From Auanema rhodensis (taxonomy: Eukaryota; Animalia; Nematoda), in the NCBI GenBank assembly GCA_964057225.1, contig OZ059897.1, forward strand, positions 12,090,001 through 12,154,000: 64,000 nucleotides of DNA, written 5' to 3'. The notes under the pieces are model-generated. The model was not told where the DNA came from, did not search any database, and worked only from the letters and a program-made list of their open reading frames with translations. This document shows positions 38,601 to 53,232 of this stretch, in pieces. The translations under genes and the position numbers were made by a program. How positions within the stretch are numbered: the first letter of the stretch is position 1; each line of letters opens with the position of its first letter.

Positions 38601-41600
38601 ATAATGCAGTGGTAGAAGTGAGAGAACAAAAATGATCGTTTCTTATCGAGGCGTACGTGTGTGGACTGTGACTCATATAGGGTATCAGATGAAAATGGCG
38701 AAAATCATTGAAATATTGAGGGAAAATATTGCATGAATAACCTAAGTGATTTGTCATACGAGGAAATTCCTTTCAAAAGCATGGGTAACAAAGAAAAAAC
38801 TGCGCTTTGATACAGTTTCCAGACGATATCATAAATGAAGAATGTGTTTTATTGGAATAAGTACGTTTCCGAATATGCTTGAAAAAACAACAACACAATC
38901 CCAACGTATAAGTAGGCTAAGAAGATGAAAATCGAGATGAATAAAAGCTTTTTCAGCAATTATACTATTTCGGCCAAAACTCCAGAAGCACAAACAAGAA
39001 GCCGGTAGGATGTCGAACGTGTGTGGGATCTTTCTTAAGACTTCGACCACGATTTGTTATCCATCAACATTAAATATTTCAAGAAGTGGCTGATGGTGGT
39101 GGAAGGAAAGGTGAAGCTAAGTTGATGAGGGTTACAGAGTGGTAGAGATGAAGAAGAAAGCGATGAAGAAGATGCAAAGATGAAGAAGAAGAAAGAGAAA
39201 TAAACAAATGAAGATGGTAAACAGATCAAAACTGTTCTGATGTGACAAGCGAACAAGCGAACGTAGATTTTTAACATTAATGTCTAATGCTTTGGCGGAG
39301 CATGGTAACTTAACACTGAAAATGAAGTTCTTCAATTTAAAAATACATCACATTGCAGTTGTAGGTGGATAAGGGATAAGAAGAAATATACAGAAACATA
39401 ATAGAGAAAAAACGTCACATGAGATATGAACAGCTGTTTCGTGCACAACTGCATTCCTTGGTGAGCTAACGAGTAGGAGGATCATAGAAAGAGATCAGAG
39501 TTGAAAGCTGACTATGCTTCGAATAATTCGATAGTTTTTGAGATATGTTGATTGTTTTGTATTAAGCACTAAACATTTTTGAAACATTTGCACATATCTC
39601 AGTTTGTTTTTGAGCAAAACTTCATGAGTTAATAACAATATTTAAAAAAAACATGGAAAAACACTTATTCAAAAAGAAAAACGAAAAGTTGAAGAGAGGA
39701 AAAATTGAAATAGCAAACAAATCACTATCTAGTTAATCGCTCCGATAAATGCAGTACTAAGGACCGAAGAAAGTAAAAGAACTAAGCCTCTATAAGCATA
39801 TAAGAAACTTGATAGTGAAATAAATTAAAAAAAAAGAAACATTTATAACTAATGAAAAAGCCGAAACCTTAACAACGGAAATATGATGATGTGAAGATAT
39901 TTCAGTAATAGTTCTTTTTCAGAACGACAGGTATTATCTATCTAATTCAACTTATAATCATTTGAATGATGAAAACAAAATAAATGAAAAACGGAGTAGG
40001 AAATTGTACTCTGAACGATGCAATTCATCAGACTAGTGATAATTAATTACAGATATGTACATATAACATTGTTTACAATAGCACCTGATTTCATGATGCT
40101 AAAGCTTGTTCCAACTATATTATTCAGAAAACTTATTCAGTATATTCTACAAGCATCGTAGAATGATATATAAGAAACGATTAATAGAATTAGATAACTA
40201 ATTCGAATTACGATAAAGAAAATAAGTAGTTACTCCAGAATATATCTTTTAGAGAAAAGTTAAGAAAATGAAAGAAAAAGAAATAGTGGAATTGACGAGA
40301 TCAAACAAACAAGCACAGGTAAATCTATGGGATAGTTAAGAAAAACCGATAGAAGAAGGGAAAATGACGAAGTTGGAGTAGGACGAGAGAATAAAAGTAG
40401 TGTGAGACAGTGACGCTTCAATAGGCGGTAAATGTGGCACAAGAAGGAGAAAGCACAGAAGATAGACAAAGTAGATACGTGAACTCCGGAGCACAATGAC
40501 TTCGTTTTCTGACAAACAAAGAAGCCACAGTTGTAGACAGATTGTCGAGACCTACTCATGAGCTTAATGTGGAAGACTAGTTTCAACGTGTCATTTCCGC
40601 AATTTTTTTAGATAAAAAGTGGAAAATGGTTAAAAAAAAGAAATGCAAAGTTGACACAATGCTTGAACGAACACCTTCTCTTACACTTCGCTTTGAAGTC
40701 TGTCACAGTTAAAGGGTATTAACAAATATAAAACAATGGATTCTCAACTACTGTCTGAAATACAGGGAAATTATATGCGTAATGGAGAGAAAACAATGAG
40801 CTAACCAAAATATATCATAAATTGAAAACAAGAATGGCAGTGGATGGCAAACACATGTAAAAATCATGGAACTACCGAAAATATAATTTAAGCGATTAAG
40901 ATTTTTTTCGTATAACTTGAATTAGACAATACAAGTAGTGTTAGAAAGGTTGGAGAACATGTTTGCAGACTTGGTAAGGTATTATATGAGAAAATAGGCA
41001 ATCCGTTGACATAACAACATAAATAATCTCAAATAATGACAAACGATCATCAAGGAATTTCATATATTTTACCCTCATTATCATAGTCATATAGAATAGT
41101 TAGAGAACTAAAAAACAAATTGAAGAGAAAGAACATATGAGTAATTAGAAGAAGGAACAGAAATTGAGAGCGGAAATGATGAAGATGAAAGTTAAGACGG
41201 CAAACCGGCAGCAGCAAGGAAAACAGAAAAGTTGGAGCATCCGGTAGCAAGCCTTTAATCGTCTTAATAACAGCATGTTCTCCAGTTTTTTCTCTTAACC
41301 GTAACAGAACATGTTCAGTTGATAACAGGAAACGTTTTTCCTGGGCGTCAAGTAGATTATTGGTCAGTTTAAAGCTAATCTATAAAGTTCGAAAAAATAT
41401 TGAAGAGTACTAGAACATAGGTAAAAATTTGAAACAGTTGAGAAGAAGAATAAATATGTACGAATGCGTATGTGGGTGTGGGATGTAGTGAGTGAGGGCA
41501 TTCGACCAATCTAAACCTTCTAACCTAAACCCCATTTCGATTATGATGATAATATGATTCATAAGTTGTGAAACCGGTTTCTAGGCTAACATATGAAGCA

Positions 41601-44600
41601 GAAGGCATTTAGGGATAAAGCAGATAGATCATTGTTTTGCACATTGACATTTGGATGGATAGACAGATACATATAATAGAACAGTTTTACATGAAATGAC
41701 AACATAAACCTTCCAAACACACAAATATCATGATCAATCTAGTTTTTTGACCGAAAGTGATTATTCAAAAAAAAGAAAGAAAAAATTGCCTCTGATATTG
41801 CCACACAGGAATGAAAAAATAGATATATGATGAATTTGACGATTTAATGGTGTAGCATCTCAGGCAAATAGGGATAGTTTTCGCAGTGAAGAATGAATAA
41901 GTACGACAATAATCTAAAAGACAGGAAAATTACTGCTATATCTCACTATAATCCCAAAATGGTTGCTTGAGAAACATATTGATCAGTCAAAGAGGTAGAA
42001 ACATCAACAGGCAATCAATGAAATGTACAGAAAATATTCATGAAAGTATAGAACAAGGCTATAAGAAAAGATGTGATCTAAGTTGTGAAATGTTATGCGA
42101 GAAAGAAAGTAGTTGAATACTAATTAGATATGTCATAACCTAAACTAAAAAAAACAAAAATAGTTTCGACACACCAGTGAAAGAAATCGAATTGTAAAAC
42201 GAGGATAAAACGTTTATCGGAACAAAGCGTTCTCATAAGAAATAAGAAGATGAAAACCAAGAAAGATCTTAGGAGCAGATAAGTTCAGAAAATGGATGAA
42301 GCGTTAAAATTATCCGACAGAAAAGATTCATGAAGACATTATGAATTTGAACAGGTATAGGGTTATAGCTGAAACAAAGATATAGATATGAGGCATATCA
42401 TATGAATAAATCTTTGGAAACCTCAACGAAGAAGAAGCATAACCCTCAAAATATGAAATGAGTCGAATATTCAAGTGAAAACAGGATACGAAGAAAAACT
42501 GGCAAACATAAATTCTGATTTTTGAAAAAAGAGTCAGCCAGCAGACTCAAGCTTTTTTCAAAGGAGTGAAACAGAAGAAGGTTAATAAGAAGCGCGAAAC
42601 GTTGTCACAACGGAAGAGGAAAAGATATAGTTGCTTCCGTCTAATTACATGAAACGACCTCTGGAACTGTAGTAAATTCGATAAAATTGGTTCTTGAAAA
42701 CCGGCTACATAGCTACTTGGATACGTTATATGAAGTCAAAATGGCATCAAGGTGACAGAAGAACTAATGAGCTTTCAAAGCACACTAAGTAGTAGAAAGA
42801 AAGTAATTAAACTGAAGTCAAACATGAACAAACAGTTAACGCTAAATGCATTCCAGAAAAAGAATTAATGCAAATGTTTGCCAACTGTAACGGACGGTTT
42901 CTTCTGGCTAAAATGAAAAAGTTGTAATAATTAGCAGTTTTTATGCTTTGCTACAAGCATCATAAACCACATATAAAACAAAAATCTAGCTAAATCATTC
43001 GAATAATGAGAAATCCAAAAAAAACTTAATGGATAGCATCAATGATCTCGTATGATTGGGGTGTTTCCATGTCTTTCAAAGTACGCGCAGGTGTGGAGTT
43101 ATAAAAGATAGCGTTACGAACTCTGCCTGAAGCACAGGAAAGAAGAGGGCCGGTGGTAATGAATAATAGTAATGAATACATTGAGTTATTGAGGGGTTTT
43201 GTATTCACAAGTGCCTGGTAAACAAATTACGATTTGCATAGATCATCATCATATAGGAATATTTCGGGAAATGACCGAGAAAATGGATGATACTCAGCAG
43301 GAGATCAAGCGATCAGTAGTACATTGATAATTACGATGCGCAATACATGCATATACTCCTGCTAGGATTGATACTTCGCGAAAGGTCATGAATGATTTTC
43401 TATTTTGTTTATACAAATGATGCTATGACGAAGAGAAAGTTGCTAGTCAATACAATCTCTTCAAGTTTTCTTAATCTAATACCCAAATTCTATTTCTATG
43501 CAAAAACTTCATGAAGATATGAGTGTCAACTTAAATGCTGAACCTCTTCTTAAAAGCAATACATAGATAGCATACAACGTTAAGTTGAATCTCCAACGTG
43601 CGTGATATACAGTTCATTCGTTAAAACAGGATATTGAGTAGCATTAAATATACAAACGGAAAGAACGACATTAAAATTAGAAATAAACTCAGATATATTC
43701 TGAAATAAAGAAATTAAGAACTGAAAATGTGCACTTTGTTCAAGCTCGTTAATATTCTTATTCAGCCCCTGATCTCAGCTGGCCACTTCTGCCGTGCAAC
43801 ACAGGTAGAGTTGCCAAATAAACACAATGAGAAGATAAGAATAAAGACAGTCGATGAAACTAGAGGAAGAAAGTAATATAGCGAGAGTGAGGCTACGGTG
43901 CAAAATAGAGAGAGTGAGAGAGAGAAAACAAGGATAGAAGAGGGAATAAAGAAGAGACGAAAGCAAGAGAGAGATTGAAAGAGAGGAAAAGATGTAGTTA
44001 GAAGAAGGACCGGTGCTCTGGGAACCAAGACTGGTCAGCTCATCCATAGTTGTTTCCGCTCTTCCTTTTCTCTTTCCCCCTCTCCGCCATGTTATATGCG
44101 TCTTAATAAAGCAAACAATGATCGAAGCTTCTTGAAACATTTTATCTCAACAACGATTAACATTTATGAATGCTCAGGCTGGCACAGTGCGAAGAATTTG
44201 AAAAAACAAACAAATGTAGGATACCCAATACTTAAAATCGACAAGCGAGCAAAAAAAAGTTGATTTAAAATTATTAAAAATATGTTACAATCAACTTTAA
44301 ACTCTGAATAAACTGTGAATAAACTGATGAATTATAATCAAAACGCGTGTCAGACTAATGTGTATTAATATTGAAAAAGAGCAAGCATTACTGGTTGCGT
44401 CAGAAAATATTTTAAGTTATAAACTATTGAGTGAATCGATAGTTCAATTTTCTTTCGAATGAATCATGGATATATAGTGAAAATATGAAAATAATAAGAA
44501 TTTTTCTACGCCTATGTAATAAGGTTGTTCAAAGTTGAGAGAAGAAAATAAAAGAAAGGCAATGATTCTTATTGGTGTATTTACCTAACGTACTATAAAT

Positions 44601-45433
44601 GGATATTGACCAGGCCTCATACAGACAAATATGGTCATCTACTGCTTTGAGCCGAGATAGACCGAGCGAAGGACCAGCCCAGAGAAACCTTGCGAACAGT
44701 CAAAATAGAGAAAGTATAAAGCACGACGAGATTGAAAGAACCACTTGGAACACTCAGCAGAACGATTAGAACCATTTCAATAAATGAATATTGATGCAAC
44801 GAATCCGGACTCGAAACAAGCAAATCAAACAGATCTTTACTCAATTGTTCATTCCATTTATTCCATGGTTTGCCAGTACATAGTCATGAAGCGTTTATTT
44901 GGACAACTTATGTCTCATTACCCGCCTGACCAGCTTGGTCATGACAACTTGCTTGGAATTCAAATAAAGCAGTGAGGTATAATTTGAGCCATGAATTTCA
45001 AGAATGATAAAACAATTTTACAATATTGAAATAAAAACCAAATTAAAATAGACATCAAAGCATTTAAATGTATTTAAAAATATCGTAAATATCACTAACC
45101 GTCAAATCGTCAAAAATTAGCAGCAGTTGAAAAGCAACCAATGTGCAGTCAAAAATGGAATAAAATGATGCGCGTTCACGTTAAATAATGCATGGCTCTT
45201 ATTGGTTGGTTTTTATATTGTAATTTGAATTTCATTTTTTAAATTCATCTTATCATAATTTCAAAAAAGAATGGATCTATTCTGTTCTTCTCCAAAATAT
45301 TTATTCATTTGCTATTATTAGAAACATTCATACTTTTACATACTTTTAAACGAAAATGTTGTCTTTTAACAAAACGTTACTTATTGAGAAACTTTTTGAT
45401 ATTAAATACGAAATAAAAAAATGAAAATCGTAT

Positions 45434-47209
45434 TTATGCTTTACATATCGGAAATTCATGTAACATTTGATATGGCCCATCAGAAATATTTGACAATATA
45501 TTAATTGAAATCTGGAAATGAATAACAAACTGAAATCAATTCACTAGATTCTTGAGCAAACCTTATCAGCTAAAACTCTTCCGAAGTCAAAACTGCCAAA
45601 TTCTTGTAATAGTGTTGTAGCATCGAATGGAGTGTGATTTTGGGACCCCTCAGCCTAAGAATTATTTTTAATCAAGTTTGGTAACGAATATTCACCCGTC
45701 CAGCATATTTTGCATTTAATAACGTCATATGAATCGTAACAGAGTCTGAAAAGCTCATGGTATCACGGAAAGCTAAAACGGCTTCACGTAATTTCTTGTC
45801 AATATAGTCAGCCATCTGTTGAAACCTGAAAAATTTTTTATTTTGTTTCATATATATATATATATAATATTACTTTTCACTTTTAACATTGGCATAAACA
45901 ACAAAAACATCGCTGGGGTCATCATTGAAAATAGAAAGTCCTTGAACATGAACCTCAATACCTTCGGTGAAGCTGAAAAAACACGCACTTGGTCTATTTC
46001 TGATATAATTCAAACTTGAAATGTTTTATAGCATCTTCTACTATCGATTTAGCTTTATCTTCATCCTTGTCATCCAATAAGCGGAGCATGCTTATAGTAC
46101 AGTGCAATCGGTTGGCTTTCATAAACAAATTAGGATTTTTTGTTTTCTCCTGTTTTTTTTAAATAATGATATGATGATGTAGAACAATTTATGCATAATA
46201 CCGGAATATTCGGGGAAGCTAGAACGCCTTCTTTGAACCTCTTAAAGGATGTTTGCAGATCAGATGAATGATGTAGTGGAAAAGCAGCGAAATGACTAAA
46301 ACGTGACTGAAAAAGGAGTTTTGGTCAGTTTCTAAAATAAAGAAAATTACGCTATGACGAAAATCCAAAAGCATCATTTCAACTCTATCAATACATATTT
46401 GAACTGATTCTAATCCAGAGAATGATGTAATAACTTTAAAAAATTGATTTCAAAAATAAACCAATTTAGTCACCTAGAGGCTCATTTGGTACCCGGGGAA
46501 TTTTCAACCTGCAGTTTGTTGATTTTTCGATATCACTTCTAGTTCTTCCTTTCACGCCTATTAGTTTACCCAGGAAGACATGAGGAACATACATTCTAAA
46601 TTTAAATATTATTTTGCATTGACAAACTGATTATATACTCAGTTGTCCATTTATTCTCCAAAACCATTATCCTTTCATCATCAGTCTTATAAGCTACCTT
46701 TTCAGCAGCTGATGATTTATTTTTCAAAGGTTTTTCTGATTTCTTCTTAGAATTATTTTGGTTATCATTCCCGTTCGAGATATCATCGCGTTCGTTTGTT
46801 CTTTGAAAATTTTCTAAAGAATTGAAATTAATCGATTGAAATCTTTGAAACACGATTTATCGAATCAATTACAAACCAGGAGGATTATAGTAGCAATTGG
46901 CATCAGGTTCGTCACCATATAAGTCAGGAGTGTCACCAAAATCAGTGGAATCAGGTTGTCTTGTTCCTTGTGGCTGTAATAGCAGAAAAAACTTTATGTT
47001 CATATATAAAGGAGTGAAAAAGAAAAACATAACAAAATTTTTCTTTAAATATTAACTTTGAAAAGTGTTTGCATTGGGTTTTTTCGCTTTGTTTTTAATT
47101 ATACAGATTTTTTTGAAAATCAAATGTTCAACAATACCCTGTAAGGATTTCGACGGTATCTTCGATTGCCAATTTCGTAAATATCAGCTCGAATTGGAAA
47201 ACCAGACAT
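45434..47209 (-). CDS. ASCC1: ASCC1 (ASC-1 complex subunit 1): KH domain plus AKAP7-like 2H phosphoesterase domain
   Basis: N-terminus IYEIGNRRYRRNP; KH GxxG loop VPHVFLGKLIGVKGRTRSDIE; FSHFAAFPL; two HxT motifs (RLHCTISML and TIHMTLLNAKY); FNDDPSDV..VYA; PFDATTLLQEFGSFDFG. Confidence 0.9.
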
Positions 47210-47571
47210 ACTTTAATCATTACTCTTACTAAATAATTGTTAAATTAAAATAATTATAGTTATTTTTAACTGTTAATCATCAAAATAAATATATAAAGTA
47301 CTATATTCTGCTGTAATTTTAATAACGAATTAACAACATCATAAACTGAGGGAAAGACCTTAATTAGATCCGTAGATTCAATTAAGACATTATCACAAAC
47401 AACAAGTGAATTGAGCGTAAGATTCAAATATCAACTTTTTTGATTTTTCATATTCGGCTTGATTACCCTTGAAGAGATTATCAGAACAGAAAATAAAGAG
47501 AAAAAATTGGTGAAGATTGTATAACAAAGAACAAAGGAATTTGAGCAGTTAGAATAGTTTGCAAAGTGTTT

Positions 47572-50500
47572 CTAAGACAATTGTTGAATAACTGTTTCAA
47601 TATTCGTAACAGTTGTTTCAATTTCTTCTTCAGTAATTTCATATTGTAGCATAAATCGGATACTATAAAGAAATAATTAATATTAAATATGCCTATAAAT
47701 AGAATTAGAACCTTGGTTTGATAGGATAAGCCTCTTCACTATCCAAATAACGTGCGCGAGTTAGAAGTGTGGCATAATCAGTGAACATCTACAAAAAAAG
47801 ACTTAATCAAAGTTAAATAAGGAGAAAGACTATTTGTAAATATATGGAGAATATGGTCCTTTGAAAAACATTAAAGACCATACCCACAAACGTAACAGAT
47901 TTAAATTTTAATGTTTGGTCTAAAGAAACGTTTCGAAGATGATATTTTTAAAGTATAAGGGGATTTTCTATATTTCTATTTCATTTAAGCCTTACATGAT
48001 CGACAAGAGCATCCAGTTTTTTCTCAGCAGTTTCTTTGTCTCCATCATAGCATATGTGCTTCATTGGACTTTGCTCCAACCCACGTAAAACAAAACTGGT
48101 TCCCTAAAATGGAAACCACGGTACCACCTAGTCAGGTATTTCAAGAACTCACATTAAAAACTTTTTGTAACAATTTGTGAGCGAAAGAAGCCAGTTTCTG
48201 TGTCTTCAATATTCTCTCTGGTTGCTCCTTGATAATTTTTATAGCTTCTGATGCAGCAGTAGCCAGCAGAGGTGGAAGAGATGCTGAGAAACAGTAACCT
48301 TGTCCTGAAATTGATCTCATTTTCATTTTTCTAAGTTTTACTTTTATTATTTGTTTCCTCTGTGAAAACGTACCAGACAAACGCTGATGTGCTACAATGT
48401 ACGAACGGCCAACACAAAATCCTCCTGTTGAAGCAATAGCATTTTCTAAAGATCCCATAACCATATCAACATCTTCAATTGGAACTCCAAAGTGCTCAGT
48501 TACACCTATAAAACTCAAGAATCATACAATTGTTTTCTTTGTTATGCTGTTTCTTTTTTACTTTATCAATTCACACTTTTTCTTGGATAATATTGTTCAA
48601 ATAACTAGCTTTCAAGATGATATAGTTCTGCCGTCTGTATAGTTGAATAGTAAAAAGAAATGATAGGCTAAGATTCATAAACAAACAACATAAATGATGG
48701 ACATATATAAATGTCTTTGTTCGCTTGGAATTTTTTATCACAAGAAGGCAAGACTACAAGTATCATATCTTAGTTTTTGTTGTTAACTAATTTCCATGAA
48801 AGAACAGTATTGTGCCAATCTCGCTTCGTAATGTGTCTAAGATGTTTCTCTTGTTCCAAATCAGCCTATGACTGCAGCAGACACATCCGACAGGTTTCTT
48901 GTAGTGGATAAGATCATCCTTCGGTTTATTTAAATCCTTGTTTCAATCATATATTCATTACTACAGTTCTCTTGATGCTACAGAGAATGTAATACTTTGT
49001 CCAGCACTGTTTTCATTTTTTATAAACTTTTCTTGAGTGAAAGTATTCGATCTCAAGTGGCCAATTTTCATTAAACAGTATATCAATGCATTGTTTCAAT
49101 TATATGTTTGTTCAAAGTTGTTTTGTTCTTCCTAATCATATCGAAATCCCAATTTGAACAAATTTCAGATGATAATATACGTCATTCCTGTACTAATATT
49201 CGTTCGATGTATTCCTGCACTTCCTGATCCTCATCACTTAGTTTGGAGGTCGCCGAACTTAGCAGATACGCCCGAAGAATTAGATATGCTCCAAAATAGG
49301 GTAAGATCAAATGAGCAGAGATCAAATATGACAAAAGAACAATCTAATGAACGTCTGAGCCATGACAAACTGGTTTTTATCAAGAAATCGAGACATTTCC
49401 ATGTGGGATTCTGGTTTTGACATGATTATACTTCAGTCAATGAACTAATGCAAAGTTATCATTGGTTCAGTCATGTGCCAGCCATATCCACGTTTTAACT
49501 TGTTTGATTATCCTAGGTTCCACATCGTAATGTCACAGTATCAGAAGAATTTCGTGGATTGGATCTTAATAGCATAGAGGATACAGGTATTACAGCCTGC
49601 GATGAAACAAATGCTCCTGACAGGTAAACAACAGAATAAGTAAAATTTAATGAATCGAGCTCTTCTCAGATATATGGTGTACTGTACGGGCAAGCTTTTG
49701 CATGCGGTTATGGCAACCCACTTATATCCGGACTCAAAAACGTTTGTTGATAAGCCAATTAAGGAAAACAAAACAGCACAGGGTGTGTTAGAATCATTCG
49801 AGAAAAGGTTGCAATATACTTGATTTGGTAAGCAGGAATGAATATTATACTTTCAGCTTTCCACAACCAATCGAAGAAATACAACAAGATCAAGTTAAAA
49901 AGTTTGTTGAAGAAAACTTTGACAAAGAGGGTCAGGAACTGGAACAGTAAGCCTATATATTCAGAAACCATCTGTAACATTCAAATCTCTAGATGCAATT
50001 TAGTAGACTGGATTAAAAACCCAAGCAACATCACCGAAATTCGTGACCAAACATTACGAAAATTTGCTTTAGATTTACATGACATTTGGACAAAACTTTG
50101 CCGACAAGTTAGAAGTTGTACGTTGAAAAATGTTTAACGTTCCATTTTAGGTGAAAACCATAGTTAGAGATGAGCCTGAACGATTTTCGCTAATATATGT
50201 TCCTCATCCTTTCATTGCTCCCGGAGGGCGTTTCCGAGAAAACTATTACTGGGACGCTTATTGGATTATGAAGGGTCTTTTAGTATCGGGAATGAAGCAT
50301 ACAGTTCGTGGAATGATTCACAATTTTGCCCATTTCATTGAAAAATATGGATTGATTCCAAATGGTGGAAGAGTTTACTACTTAGGGGTATGTTAAACAT
50401 GAAATAGAGAAAATATTTTTAACCCTTCATAGAGATCTCAACCGCCAATGTTTACACCTATGGTTTATGATTACTATGAATATACTGGAGACTTAGAGTT

Positions 50501-53232
50501 TGTGAAAGAAATGATTCCATATATGGAACAGGAAATGGAATTTTGGAAAAAGAATAGAGCAGTTAACGTAGAGACTGAAGATGGAAATGTTACGGTTTTC
50601 CAATATCGTTCACCCGTTACTACACCCAGGTATTTCTCAATTTACACAAAAAGATAGTAAATATCAAAACTTTAGACCAGAGTCATTTCGTGAAGATGTA
50701 ATTTCTGCCCATAACATTACATCAACAGACGAAAAACATAAGTTTTACCAAAATATTGCTAGTGCTGCAGAGTCAGGATGGGATTTCAGCACAAGGTGAA
50801 GAGAATTCTCATATAATCACAATGAAAATTTTTCAGATGGATGGCTGATAAGAAAACATTAAAAACTATTGAAACAACTAACATTGTACCCCTAGATTTA
50901 AATGCATTTTTATGCTATAATATGAACCTACTAGCTCATCTTCAAGCGGAATTAGGTAATATTGTTCCTTCTACAAAACCTAATATAACTTTCAGGTAAC
51001 TTCACAATGGTTAGAAAATGGAAATCAGAATACATTGATTTCCGAAATATTTTCAAGAAAGTATTTTATGTATCGAAAGCCAGGGGATGGTAAGAAGAGT
51101 AATGTTTGAATGAAAAAACAATATTAATTATAGGTATGATTACAACTTGGCTACAAAACAGCACAATCTTGATTTCTTCCCATCAATGGCTATACCTCTT
51201 TATACTCAATGCTATGATCCGTTAAGCACAAGAGTACCAGAAGATGTATATAACCAAATGGATTATATGGGTGTATTCAAGTTTTCCGGAGGAATTCCAA
51301 CAAGGCAAACTTGAATGGTTGAAAATATATTTTTAAATTGTCGAAAATTTAGCTTACAACCAAATAGTCAACAACAATGGGACTTCCCTAACGGATGGAG
51401 TCCTCTCAATCACATGATAATAGAAGGATTAAGAAAATCTACTAACTCCAGGTAAAATTTTCAGTTGACATCTTGAAAATAGTTTTATAGGATGCAACAA
51501 AAGGCTTATGAATTGGCTGAGAAATGGGTATTGTCGAACCTCAGAGTATTCCAAAAAGATAAAGTCATGTGGGAGAAATATGATGTAGTATCTACAAAGC
51601 CAAGAACAGGAGACGGTGGGGAGTATGAAGTTCAAGTAAGAGGATTCGAAATTAGAAAGTTAATTCTCATATAAATAGGCTGGATTTGGATGGACAAATG
51701 GAGTTATTCTCGATCTCCTTTACAAATATAGAGAGAGAATGCGTTTCCCAGATATTCATCCTCCCATTATTCCTGTACCACAAATTCTAAGAAGCGCAAA
51801 TGTATTTAAAGACGTAGAAAATAATTCGATAAGCACATATCCATATATTTTGGCTATTTTAATCACATTCCTATTTATCTAACGGGATATTTCTATTTGA
51901 TTCTTTCACATTTCAGTACTGGTATTAAAAAAAAGCAATTAATATATAAGTAGAATATATAGTTAAAAGCATGAAACTAACCTTTTCCTGTTTTACCAAT
52001 AATTCCAAATGACCAGCTTTCATCGATGAAAACGCGAACCTTAAAAAAATAAATGCTCATTTAATAAAGTTTAAATATACTGACTTTGTATTTCCACTTG
52101 AATTCCATAATTTTTGGAAGAGGACACATTTCACCAGAATTAGCATATATTCCTTCAACAACTAAGAAACGACGAATTTTTTTAGCTTTTTTAGGATTCT
52201 ATAATAATCATAACTGAAAGATTAGGTGAAACTGAAAGTACCTGAGCATCCCATTCAACTTGCTTAATCAAAAGGCGTTCAAGATCCTCCATATCATTAT
52301 GGTTAAACCATTCAATACGACTTCTGGAGGCTTGGATACCTTTTTGAATCGCAAAGCTGGCCTCTACAAAACAGAATATACGTTTTTATAGTACATAGGA
52401 ATTAATATTGACCTTTATCAACATAAATAATATCTCCAGCTTTAGCATAAGCGGGAATAGCACTAGCGACAGTAGCAAATCCATAACTGTACAAAACAGC
52501 CTCCTCAGTTCCCATGAACCTTCAATCAATCAAAATACTATATAGTTAAATATGTATCGTACTTCGCTAAATCAGATTCTAAATCCAAATGCACATCTAC
52601 AGTACCGTAAAATCCGCGTGGTCCGCACGAACCCACACCATACTTCATAATAGTCTGTTTGGCTACATTCTGAATAAATAACAAACAATTAAACATGATA
52701 TTTGAATAATAACATACCTCTATTCTTTCATCACCAACTAAACTTAAAAAGTTGGAGGTTGCATAATTATGGTAAGTTTTTCCATCCATTTCAACATTTT
52801 TTGTTACTTTTCTAAATAATCGTATGTGTGTGAACGTTAAAAATCAATCGTTACCCCTCGATATATCTAATATTTGAAATATGTTGATTCTGTAAAACTT
52901 CAGGAACCAGTGGCTCAGGAGTCCAATTAGATATAATTTCATCTATTTCCTAATGAGTCATAAAAGATATGTTTATGGATAACTTCGTAAATGACTCACC
53001 TTCTCTGATAGTTGAGGAGGCTTAGATGTGTTAGATTTACGATTTTTAAATACAAAAAAATATAAGCCCAAAGTTACAACAAATACTATAAATAGTATGC
53101 CAGCAGGTCCAAATGAACCAGCAGTCTTAACAAGCAATAATAAATAAAGTGATAAGATAAAATAAAAAACAAAAACAATTAAAATGTTTTAAATTTAAAA
53201 AGTTTAATGCTTACCTCTAAATCCCCGGTCAT
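47572..53232 (-). CDS. sptl-1: Serine palmitoyltransferase subunit 1 (SPTLC1/LCB1)
   Basis: N-terminal TM helix, then [85 protein letters not shown] (no PLP lysine, typical of LCB1) and [10 protein letters not shown]. One 3476-nt intron spans 48506-51981. Confidence 0.96.
49169..51882 (+). CDS. tre-5: Trehalase (GH37) with a signal peptide and a hydrophobic, GPI-like C-terminus; nested in the sptl-1 intron
   Basis: TTTCAG|ATG start; DSKTFVDK; signature [15 protein letters not shown]; NGGRVYYLG|RSQPP; [12 protein letters not shown]; [10 protein letters not shown]; MWEKYD; GGEYEVQ|AGFGWTNG; ends [14 protein letters not shown]. The trehalase call is firm. The tre-5 paralog assignment rests on recalled C. 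elegans synteny with sptl-1. Confidence 0.93.

Noticed and set aside
39431-39513. Bantam/miR-80-like sequence GAGATCAGAGTTGAAAGCTGA
   Set aside because: It lacks the 5' U and I could not find a convincing complementary arm to form a pre-miRNA; the upstream CAGCTGTTTC pairs only partly. Small-RNA reads would be needed.
42520-42562. Inverted repeat TTTGAAAAAA-GAGTC..GACTC..TTTTTTCAAA
   Set aside because: Short, mostly homopolymeric and too small for a pre-miRNA; no target-site duplication or second copy to suggest a MITE.
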